A stretch of DNA of 64,000 nucleotides. Origin: Antedon mediterranea. Lineage: Eukaryota > Animalia > Echinodermata. The notes below the pieces were generated by a model that was given only the letters and a program-made list of their open reading frames with translations, searched no databases and was not told the origin of the DNA. The stretch covers positions 4,920,101 to 4,984,100 of the forward strand of contig NC_092677.1 of the NCBI RefSeq assembly GCF_964355755.1, written 5' to 3'. Within the stretch, counting starts at the first letter, position 1. Each line of letters opens with the position of its first letter. The translations under genes were made by a program, and so were the position numbers. Below are positions 54,001 to 64,000 of this stretch, piece by piece.

Positions 54001-57000
54001 TAACCATTTAACTTTTTGGTTACTGATTTAACAGGCCCGTAGAGTAGGCACTGTCACTTCTTCTTCTTCTTCTTCTTCTAGATACTTAAATCATGTATCT
54101 TTAAACAAAAATTTTCACCGCTGCCACCATATAGTGAATTTATTTTAGTTGGTTCCGAGCTTTCTCAGGCGTATATATTTCCACGCGACGTACACTGCTG
54201 TCACTGAATGATAACTCATACAAAAAGTATATTTAACTCAACTAGAACTTTTATTCCTTGTAATTCGATTAATACATCTTTCTACCACTACCAGTCAAGC
54301 CTTAATATTTTCTTTATCATCTTTCCGTTTATCTACTCTGATCTTATTCTCTCTTCTTGTTTATCTACTCTGATCTTATTCTCTCTTCTCCTCTAATATC
54401 TATTACATTCTACTTTATACTGGATATGCAAATTTTAGGCTTCAGAGGAGGATAACATTTTCCCTCCAAAAATTATACGATTTTGATTGGCTAATAATAA
54501 GGCGGACCTGGTCTAAAGCATCCTTCTCTAAACACAGAGAATCACAACATCAATAATATGACAGCCTAGTATAGCCATGTCAATGTTTTAAGATAGATAC
54601 ATTGAATAAAAGTTTATTTTAAAAGAGTAGGTACAGTATGTTATAAAACAAGTAATGAATGTTTTTATAATGTTGTATTTGTTTTCAATTAAAGATTGAC
54701 GGCTGTATTTAAGTCTGTTCCTCGTTAAAAAAAGCAGTCAATCTTTCACCTCATGAAATGTTCTCACCATCCAACTCATAAACATTCATTATTTGTATAT
54801 TATTAACTAGGCATAGGCAAATGAAGGATGAAACTAAGTAAACCTCACAAAAAGACAAATAAAAAAGCATAAATATATATTTTTTTAACTTGGCCTAATA
54901 GTAATTGTTTCATTTCTAGAGGCCCATTGTCAGTTGGTGACATCATCTAACCAGGAAGCCAAGGAAGGTGATGTTGAAGTAGTAATGACTTGTGATTATT
55001 CACAATTCACTTCTACTACGCCTGATGCAATACAATGGGATGAACTAAATGATGGTGGAGTAAATATCAACCCAGGAATTGTAAATACTAATAAGGTACA
55101 AAATGGACGTTTCAGGTTAGACACTGCTCCTGGTAAAGCTAGCCTGGTGATGTCACAACCTATGAGAAATGATTCTCAAAGAATATTTCAATGTCAGATA
55201 AAAACAATAAGCGGAGAAATTCAGTTATCAAATCCATCTATTCTAACTGTATATTGTGAGTACTGTAGATTTAAATGTTTTGTTATAAATACCACTAATG
55301 CTGATGTAATACAATATTGCAACTCAATGGAAAGTTAACCTTTTTAGCAGATAGAGTCCTGGGGCATCAATTTGGTGGTAGGGGTGTGAGAGACTGAGGT
55401 GAACACATTTTTTAAAAGATGGACTTTTAGGTGCCTAGAAATTGCGTTTTTACTTGAAAAATCTTACATATATTCTGATTTTTAAATCTGGATTGCCAGG
55501 AGTTTAGAATTTGTTGACAATTAATATTTATTATTATATTTCTGCGGTTCTATCCAATGTTCTAGCCACTTTGAAAAATAGTACACTACTAATGAAAGTG
55601 CTAAATTATAAGTAATAAATATACTGTATCCAATCTGTGGACAGTACTATTTCAATCTAAGGGTATGTTCAGACTCATGGAGTTACAGTGGAGTTATCTA
55701 TGCAAGGCGTACGGTAATCCGTGGCGTTAAAAGCCAAGGTGTTCAGACACAACGACCAACATTCCTGATCAGGTCAAAGCAGATAGAACTATATGTATAC
55801 ATTCATGACAATGCATGAAAGTTTACATCGTTTACATTGTTTTTTGTTAGTTTATTTATATAATGTTTACCTTCAAATATACTGATTTGTTCTTAATACT
55901 TGTAGAATTGCATTTTAATTCAAAATAATTTAAAACGTAATTGTTACACGGACAATTATCTGATTAATTGATTTAATTAATCACTGACGCCAACTTTACT
56001 GTTCTTTAAAATCTGAACCTGAAAATACATTTGACATAGCTATTTCACTGTCGTATCATAGGGTACGGGTATGTAGTTGCTGTCTGCTAATCGTGGTTGT
56101 GTATTTACATTGGTTAAGGTTAAAATCACTGATGCATCCCTGGATTAGCGTTATGAAATCTACCCTCTCCCGCTAGAGTTATTAACGCCACTGGCGCGGA
56201 GTAACAGCTCCCTAACGCTAATCCGCGGCATGGTTCAAACACAAAAATATGTACGCCGCTTACATAACTCCACCGTAACTCTGTGAGTCTGAACATACCC
56301 TTAGATCTTGTCAGTGCAGCTCAGGTTTCACAATTATAATATAGCTTGAGCCAGTTAATGTCAGACATGGTACAATGATTATGAACACAAAGAGTGCACA
56401 AACTAGAAAGGTGTGCTGTGTAAAATGATAATAGTATTTACAACAAAAATGCACCTACTATGTAGTATATAGAGAATGTAGAGGAGCGTAATATCTTATC
56501 TGCATAAAAGAATAAGTTATATATAAATAAATTATTTAACAACATTTATGATATTTAATCTGGAAAATCTATTCTTAAAATACAATTTATATTTCCTTTC
56601 TTTTGATTATCAGACTTGGATCAACCATTTCTGGATGCCTCCGCAACCACTGTCTACGAAGGTTCATCAGTGACCTTTACCTGTAGTAAACCTGAAGGTG
56701 ATCCTGTTCCTGACAATACCATTTGGTATAAAGATGGACAGACAGTCAATACAAATGAGACTTCTAGATATGAGATTGCAAATAACAGTATGTCAGAGTC
56801 AGTTAAGATTAAATCAGCTACTGAAGAAGATGGTGGGAGATATACATGTAAAGCAGAAAGTGATCAGTTTAAAGGAGACGATGCTAAAACAAGTGAAGGA
56901 AAACAGCTGACTGTAATTGGATATTGTATGTACACATTTGTATATTACCATTTAATTGTCTTCGTAAAAGTACTCTATGTGATTTAAGTTTGCTTGTGTA

Positions 57001-60000
57001 TTAACCTGTTTTGAAAGATAAGAATACAGCAAATTATTTTAGATCTATAGAGATAGACATTACCTAAATTTGTCTTTAGATATCACTGCTCCATCATAGT
57101 ACAGTGTACATTGCTTGAATTGTAGATCTAATATGTTTTATCTAACATATTTTTAACAAGTTCAAAAATGAGACAAGTAATATAGATTATATAAATTATT
57201 TAAGATAATATCTAAAATATTGACTGATTGGCATTAGCTGATCTTGTCTCTTTTTTTTAGATATAACTGTTACTTTTACATCTGAAAATGGTTTAGCAAC
57301 ATGTACAGCAGAGGGCCATCCTAAGCCATCATCTGTATGGATATTACAAGATGGAAAAGTGGTTGACAATGGAGAAAATAGAGCAACTATACAAATTAAT
57401 GATGAGATATGTAAATCACATCTTGAATGTTATGCAGAAAATGGAAAGATTACTGACTTAATAACATTATTGAACTGTGATGCAGGTAATACATTTATGA
57501 TTACATCGGCAATATAATTCAGTTCACTTATTGACTTTTAACTTGTCCCTGGTTATTATGTAACTGACGATATATCATAATAGAAATTTAAGCATTTTTC
57601 TATTTTTAAATGATGGATGTATCTTTTATTAGAAAAATGAAGGTTTACTGTACTTGATGTTTTTTTATGTATTGAATAATATTTTAATGAAACACCTAAA
57701 TTTAGTTAACGTATGTACCAAGTGGTTTAAGTTTTATATATTGCAGTACATACTCTACATTTAAAAAAATGTTATCTATAAATTATTATTTTGTAGGTTC
57801 ATTATCACCACACACCATCATGATTATTATTACTGTTGTTTTAATCCCTGTTGTCGTTGTAATCCCTACTGCATCGTTTCTGGTTTTACTTGTTTGTAAG
57901 TATCTGATTTTGTCTTTTTTTATTCTCAGTAAAGTATAGCATCAGGCATGAGCGATTCCACTTGTCCGACGTCCGGGACAACCATTTTTACGATCGGACA
58001 ACTGTAAACTTTTTGAAAACAGAAATATGTACGCTATCTTTGAATCTCAATGAACTAGGCCAACTTATAATATAATAATAATATAGCGAACATCCAGTCG
58101 ATCCAGAAACGATGCCAGCAAAAAAGATCGTTACAAATTCATTCTAAATATAGTATCAGAACGGTAACGGGACGATTCGGCCCTGAGACAATTCGGCCCG
58201 GGACGATTCGGCCCGGGACGATTCGGCCCTGGGACGATTCGGCCCTGGGACGATTCGGCCCTGAGACGATTCGGCACACTTAAATTTATCGGCTTTGATA
58301 TGCATTTATAAGCATAAAATAAGCTTTTTTCCCCAAACTTTATTTTCAGAGAGACTATGGGGTAGTACTACTAGGGATAAAGATGCAATAAAGCAAACAT
58401 TTTGAAAACATTGTCGAAAATGATCATTTTTTAATCACGCGAACGATGTAAACAAGTTACGCCCTCTGTTGGTTGCTTGGCGAATGCATGAAATAAACAA
58501 GGTTTTCGAAGTAATAAATTGAATATAAAATTACGTTTTTTTAGTAATTTATTATATTATATCAAGATTGTCAACGACTCAATATCAATAAATACGGATT
58601 GTTAAACACCTTTTACTCTAGTAGCTAGATCAACTTTCGTATGCACTTTGAGGTCCAGAGAATTTGACATCAGAAATTTGTTTAGGATGATCAAACAATC
58701 ATTTTTGGCTTGGTTACACATTTTGAAAATGTGGCGAAAGGTCAAAAGGTCAGGGTGAAAGGTTATAATACCAAACACCAATAGGTCCTTAAATCTCGAC
58801 AACCACTGGTCACAGCAAGGTAATTTTGGTCTCAAATTGATCGGAAGGTATACATTTATATTCAGTCTAATGGGACAATTTAGTCAAAAATTTCCGGAAA
58901 TGCCATTTCTGACCTTTGACCCACTACAGAGGGCATGTGTGTATCTCCGTAAGTACTGGTCGTAGACACTTGAATTAGGTCCTAAAATGTTCGCAATATA
59001 CATTTATTTATTTGTTGCACATTTTGAAAAATGTTACAAAAGGTCAAAGGGTCAGGGTCAAAGGTTATATGAACAAACACAAATAGGTACTTGTATCTTG
59101 GCAACCACTGGTCGCAGCAAGTCAATTTTAGTCTCAAAATGTTGAGAAGGCATGTATTCATATTCAGTCTAATGAGACATTTTAGTGAAAAATGATCAGA
59201 AATACCATTTCTGACCTTTGACCCACATACCAGGGCATCTTAATATCTCTGTAAGTATTGGTCATAGAAACTTAAATTTGGTATGAAATTGTTGGAAATA
59301 TACATATTTACATTCATTCTAACAGAAAATTTGGTGAAAAGATGATCAGAAATACTATTAATTACTAATGTTTCAAACAAAAAACATACCTCTACACAAC
59401 TTATTCTTATATAAATGGTATGCAATAACTGATGCTTTAAATGGTTTCATTATAGGAATTACAACAAATCCTTTACTGTTTGTAATGGTACCTTTGCTTA
59501 TAATAATGCTAGAAAGGACGATCAAGCATTGATAGAAACGTCGAACTCAACAGTTCTTTTCAGAATGCTAGAAGTAACTTACCGTATTTATCCGAATAAA
59601 CGCCCCGGACATTTATTGTTTAGGGGGAGGGATGTTTATTCGGTGGAGGCGTTTTTGTTTGTTTTTGGTGTGATATGGTAAAAATATATGTATATCAAAT
59701 AAATACACCCTAGATAACAAGGCCATATAGATGGCTGCAGTCGCGTGCTCAAGTGAGTGTTTACCGACCGACCAACCGACCGACATAGTGAGCTGTAGAG
59801 TCGCGACGCGACTAAAAGTACAACACAATTAATATTGTAATAAGAATAACTGGATGAAACCTCCTTCATCCGGGTGCAAGTACAATCATGATATTGAAAA
59901 GGTATCGGAGACAACTATAATAGACCAATTCATTGTCATCATTCTGTATAATATTTTTGAATGTCACAGACAAATTATACATAATTTATACACGTCTGTT

Positions 60001-63000
60001 CCCAGTGTACATAATAAAACAATATTTCTGGAGATTTATTATCAATACCACTAGAAACTTAGGTTTTTTTATTTTTTAAGTACTAAATGCATTGACAATA
60101 AAAGCATCAGAAGTGTATTTTAAAATCATGATAAAATCATACTACAACACACTACAGTACACAAGGGTGTTTTCAGGAAAGCTGGACATATTGAAACTAT
60201 GTATTGGCATATATATGCAAAAGACAGTGTTGATTGTTGACAAATTGTAGTTACAAACAAACAGATGACAAATTGTGTAATCGTGTCTCATATAGTGTCT
60301 CAGGATAATGATGTGTCATTGTTTTATATCATTATACTGGCACCTGGAGAGGAATCGTTAAATGGAGCCTGTGACAGTGTCACTTTTATTCTAAAAGACA
60401 GAAACATTTTAAATAAACGTTCACCCCTCCCTTCGATTTAAACGCCCCGCCACATGCATATACACAACAAGGCCATATATATACATGGCTGCAGTCGCGT
60501 GCTCAAATTTTTGTTAGTCTTTACCGACCAACTGACCGACATAGTGAGCTGTAGAGTTGCGTTGCACGCGACTAATAATTGTATCACAACACATTTCAAT
60601 GACTACCATAATCTACAATTTACCAAGCATTTTTTTATCACTTTTTGATAATAATTGTGCTGTATTTTTTTTTCTGCTGTAGGTAGTATTTATTTGATTA
60701 TACATACCATATTACACCAATAAAAAACGAAAAATCCCTTCTGAACAATAAATGCCCGGGGCGTTTATTAGGATGAATTCGGTAAGTTACTTTAGCATTC
60801 TGAAAAGAATTCTGTTGGGCTCGACGTTTCTATCAAAATGTTTGATCATCCTCGGGGGTCAAAAATACTTTCTAGCATTATTATAAGCAAAAATACAATT
60901 ACAAACAGTAAAGGATTTGTTTTAAATCGTATAATGAAACAATTTAAAGCATAAGTGATTGCAAAACATTACTGTCCAAGGATAAGTTGTGTAGAGATAT
61001 GTTATTCGTTTGAAACAATAACCTTAGTAATTAATAGTATTTCTGGTCATCTTTTAACCAAATTTTCTATTAGAATGAATGTAAATATGTATATTTCGAA
61101 CAATTTGATACCAAATTTAAGTTTCTACAACCAGTACTTACAGAGATATGAAGATGCCCTGTCAGAATAAGTTGTGTAGAGGTATGTTTTTTGTTTGAAA
61201 CATTAGTAATTAATAGTATTTCTGATCATCTTTTCACCAAATTTTCTGTTAGAATGAATGTAAATATGTATATTTCCAACAATTTGATACCAAATTTAAG
61301 TTTCTACGACCAGTACTTACAGAGGTATGAAGATGCCCTGGTATGTGTGTCAAAGGTCAAAAATGGCATTTCTGATCCTTTTTGACTAATATGCCCCATT
61401 AGACTGAATATGAATGCATGCCTTCTGAACATTTTGAGACCAACATTGACTTGCTGCGACCAGTGGTTGCCAAGATACCAAGTCAAGCAAGTAGCTATTT
61501 ATATTTCTTCATATAACCCTTGACCCTGACTCTTTGACCTTTTGTAACATTTTTCAAAATGTGTAACAAATAACAAAATCTATATTTCGAACAGTTTAAG
61601 ACCAAATTCAAGTGTCTACGACCAGTAGTTACGGAGATACATACATGCCCTGGGTTGTGGGTCAAAGGTCAGAAATGGAATTTCCGGTCAGTTTTTACTA
61701 AAATGTCCCATTAGACTGAATATAAATGTATACCTTCTGATCAATTTGAGACCAAAATTACCTTGCTGTGACCAGTGGTTGTCGAGATTTAAGGACATGT
61801 TGGTGTTTGGTGTTATAACCTTTCACCCTGACCTTTTGACCTTTCGCCACATTTTCAAAATGTGTAACCAAGCCAAAATTGATTGTTTGACCACCCTAAA
61901 CCAATTTCTGAAGTCAAATTCTCTGGACCTCAAAGTGCATACGAAAGTTGATCTAGCTACTAGAGTATTTAAAAACTGGCCCAAAAGTGGGCCGAATCGT
62001 CTCACCTAAAGTGGGCCGAATCGTCTCACCTGAAGTGGGCCGAATAGTCCCGGGCCGAATCGTCTCAGGGCCGAATCGTCCCTGAACCTATCAGAACGTT
62101 CAGTCGGTCGCTCAAAAAATCTGCCGACAACAGAAGACGACTGTAATTAATACAGACCTAGTTTTTTTGGTCACATGACATAAAACGCGATACTCTCTGT
62201 TTTAGCGCAACCTCTCACAGACGTTCCGTCCATGAGAGGGTCCGACGACGACGATAAACAGTAATTGAGATCGTGTATTTACCTGGATCTGTTTTTCCAC
62301 TCCAAATGTAAAATTACAATAACCGATGCTTAGGGCCTCTACAAAAACTGACATCTTCTAACTTTAGATAGGATTTAATTAGCGAACAATACATTGTTTG
62401 TGTGCATTGTCCATGCTTTGAAAGGCAATGACAACCCTACGATTGACGCATAGATAATTATAATAACAATACAACAGTCGTAGGTTACGAACAATACTTT
62501 GTAGGCTACGTTCAGACAGGGGCCTCCCTGATTCAGAGAACAATGACCTAATTATGATCCGGAAGAGGGACATTTTATTGCTGATAGACAAGCTCTTAGG
62601 CTTCATGGACAATGTATTAAATCCTGTCAATTATAAAGACAGGAATACTGAAAAAAAAAACATTTGATGACATTGACTAACAGAGTCCAACAAATCAAAA
62701 TAAAGGAATCAAAATAAAGGAATGGAAATCAACTACGTTTTTTTTGTGTATTGCCTATAATGTGTGAAATTTAGTGCAGGGCAAGTGACTTTTCAAATTT
62801 ACTTGTCCTGGGACAAGTGAACAAAACTGAAATTTCCTCATGCCTTACATTTACATTATAAATATAATTCCTGTTTGCTTTTTTACCTAAATGTTACATT
62901 AGCCTGTTCAGAACTAATTGACATTTATACTTCTTGCTAATTTGTAGCTGTAAATATATGAACTAATTAAATCAACTTTTAGTTCATAGTATATAAGAGA

Positions 63001-63050
63001 TAATTAATCTTTTTTTTTATGTTTCTAGATCAAAGGAAACGTAGAAGCCG
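48047..63050 (+). CDS. IgSF type-I membrane receptor gene D; cytoplasmic part continues beyond the window
   Basis: Exons 48047-48092 (MHLLVGVVIFFVFNN), 54920-55255 (V), 56614-56925 (I), 57261-57485, 57797-57895 (TM), 63029-63050 (YQRKRRS); phases consistent, no stops. Confidence 0.85.
48509..48910 (-). repeat. 3' LTR (402 bp)
   Basis: TG...CA, near-identical to 54130-54563. Confidence 0.95.
49013..49543 (-). pseudogene. pol: Retrotransposon RNase H segment (frameshifted from RT)
   Basis: FILQTDASNYGIGAVL, YSVPEKECL, TDHQAL, NADGLSR. Confidence 0.9.
49515..50735 (-). pseudogene. pol: Retrotransposon integrase tail plus reverse transcriptase segment
   Basis: KWQGPF, LDLTKGFYQV, LPFGM, YIDD, FLGH. 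Confidence 0.92.
50735..51877 (-). pseudogene. pol: Retrotransposon integrase segment (HHCC and DDE core)
   Basis: GHNVPFAGHMG..CKEC, IAIDIVGP, DQGTNF, NGLVERFH. Confidence 0.92.
51804..52871 (-). pseudogene. gag: Gag C-terminus with zinc knuckle plus aspartic protease
   Basis: CFNCKEKGHKIGDC (CCHC) and LRDSGC. Confidence 0.9.
52861..53577 (-). pseudogene. gag: Gag N-terminal/capsid segment of Gmr1 type
   Basis: DDIDIYFRTFEHLA..W..LSGKARTAY..YDTLKKAILEKY..ETYRFKFR. Confidence 0.85.
54130..54563 (-). repeat. 5' LTR (434 bp, with internal 32-bp tandem duplication)
   Basis: Matches 48509-48910 apart from about 3 substitutions and the duplication. Confidence 0.95.
55661..56300. mobile_element. 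PIF/Harbinger-like MITE
   Basis: TIR gggtatgttcagactca..gagttac, flanked by TAA and TTA. Confidence 0.7.
58163..62088. mobile_element. 3.9-kb Mutator/Foldback-like element in the post-TM intron of gene D
   Basis: 9-bp TSD TATCAGAAC, tandem ggacgattcggccc units at both ends in inverted orientation, ~1-kb inverted arms (58615-59610 vs 60745-61966), pogo-like MITE ends in the centre. Confidence 0.9.
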
Positions 63051-64000
63051 GTGAGTTATAGTCTGCATTATAACTTTAAATGACTGTATTTTGATTAAAG
63101 ATGTATTGTCCCCCTGAACAAAAATTTTTTTTTTTTTAAAGGCCATTTTAATGATACATAAAAGTTATTCACTTTGAAAAAAAATTGGATCAAAAAAAAA
63201 ATTATTTACCTTAGAAAATCGTAATTTAAAGTAAAAAATAGTCAACCGGAAGTCGGTTGGCTGGCAGCCAGCTGGCTTCCGGTTTAATTTAACCCTTGAC
63301 CTGAATTAGCTTATGAATTATGCATATTGTATGATTCTTGTGCGTGTATGTGACCTCTAGGTCATCAGAAAAAAAATACGACGTGATATGGCGAGACGAC
63401 GATGTGGGAAAGTTCTGTAGTTTAACAACAAAAAAAACAACTCCTACTTGAAGAAAAGACTATGGCTAGGCCCTAGCAGATTGGTAAGTAAGAACTGTAG
63501 TTTCTATGGTGCAGCTTTGTTAGTTAGTACTATAGGAAGCCTAGCTAGCCCATTACAGCTGTACTGGCTATCTAGTGTACTATCCCACTATCTATTGGCT
63601 AGGCCTAGAGTAGTAGCTAGTCTAGTAGTGGTAGTAGTACTAGGCCTAGTTGTAGGCCTGAGTGAGGGTTCACCCTGAGTGAGTAGCAGGCCTAGCTAAT
63701 ACTAATAGATACAACTTGTAAGCCTTATTAATAGTTATTGCCAACCTAGCTTTAAATAGGATTAGGCCTAAACATGCATCTGTGAGCATGGAGTAAGGAA
63801 TAAGGTTTTAGCATGGAGGTATAAAAATAAAATATTTTATACCTCCATGATGGTTTTATTGTGACTTGTGTGAATTTCGACACCACCAACTCGTCTTATT
63901 TTTAGTATAATACTATAATATTAATAAGAGCAGCGAAACTCAAAAAGCGAAAACTTGTGAATGGCTGCCAAAAATAGAAAATAAGGTCACCCACCACCAG

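Larger units (their letters stand above)
48509..54563 (-). mobile_element. Full-length Gmr1-like Ty3/Gypsy LTR retrotransposon (gag-PR-IN-RT-RH), antisense in intron 1 of gene D
   Basis: LTRs 48509-48910 and 54130-54563, 5-bp TSD GCCTA, tRNA-Leu PBS TGGTGGCAGCGGTG (54129-54116), PPT aaaaaggggaa next to the 3' LTR, integrase upstream of RT. Confidence 0.95.

Noticed and set aside
58165-58277. CRISPR-like repeat array
   Set aside because: Tandem 17-18-bp units with no unique spacers, mirrored at 61990-62088; these are foldback element termini in a eukaryote
61926-61949. DLKVHTKV in the foldback arms resembles the gene B micro-exon DLKVHTQV
   Set aside because: Only about 19 of 24 nt match and flanks do not align; treated as chance
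63448-63678. Hydrophobic 76-aa ORF as a TM exon
   Set aside because: Lies inside a MITE in low-complexity footprint-like sequence with no fitting splice sites

Overview
AT-rich eukaryotic DNA from an intron-rich animal genome. An invertebrate deuterostome such as an echinoderm is my inference and is not proven. Hand splicing (GT-AG sites, consistent intron phases) gives four paralogous immunoglobulin-superfamily genes in two head-to-head pairs: A(-)/B(+) and C(-)/D(+). All four share signal peptide + V-type Ig + I-type Ig + short Ig-like exon; B, C and D have a TM exon in the window, while A runs off it. Their tails differ sharply. Gene C has a paired-tyrosine (ITIM/ITAM-like) tail. Gene B appears to have two endings: a short YxxM tail possibly ending in a PDZ-ligand, and a long form adding a split Ig domain, two more Ig domains and a full-length NEU2/3/4-like sialidase propeller that has lost most catalytic residues. 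This Ig receptor with an integrated pseudo-sialidase is the most unusual feature. The rest is dense in mobile DNA: a full-length Gmr1-like LTR retrotransposon in intron 1 of gene D, a young non-autonomous LTR element, Helitrons, Penelope and LINE fragments, several MITE and foldback elements, a 5.2-kb palindrome, and many TA-site insertions resembling transposon excision footprints. All gene models are manual and untested against transcripts.
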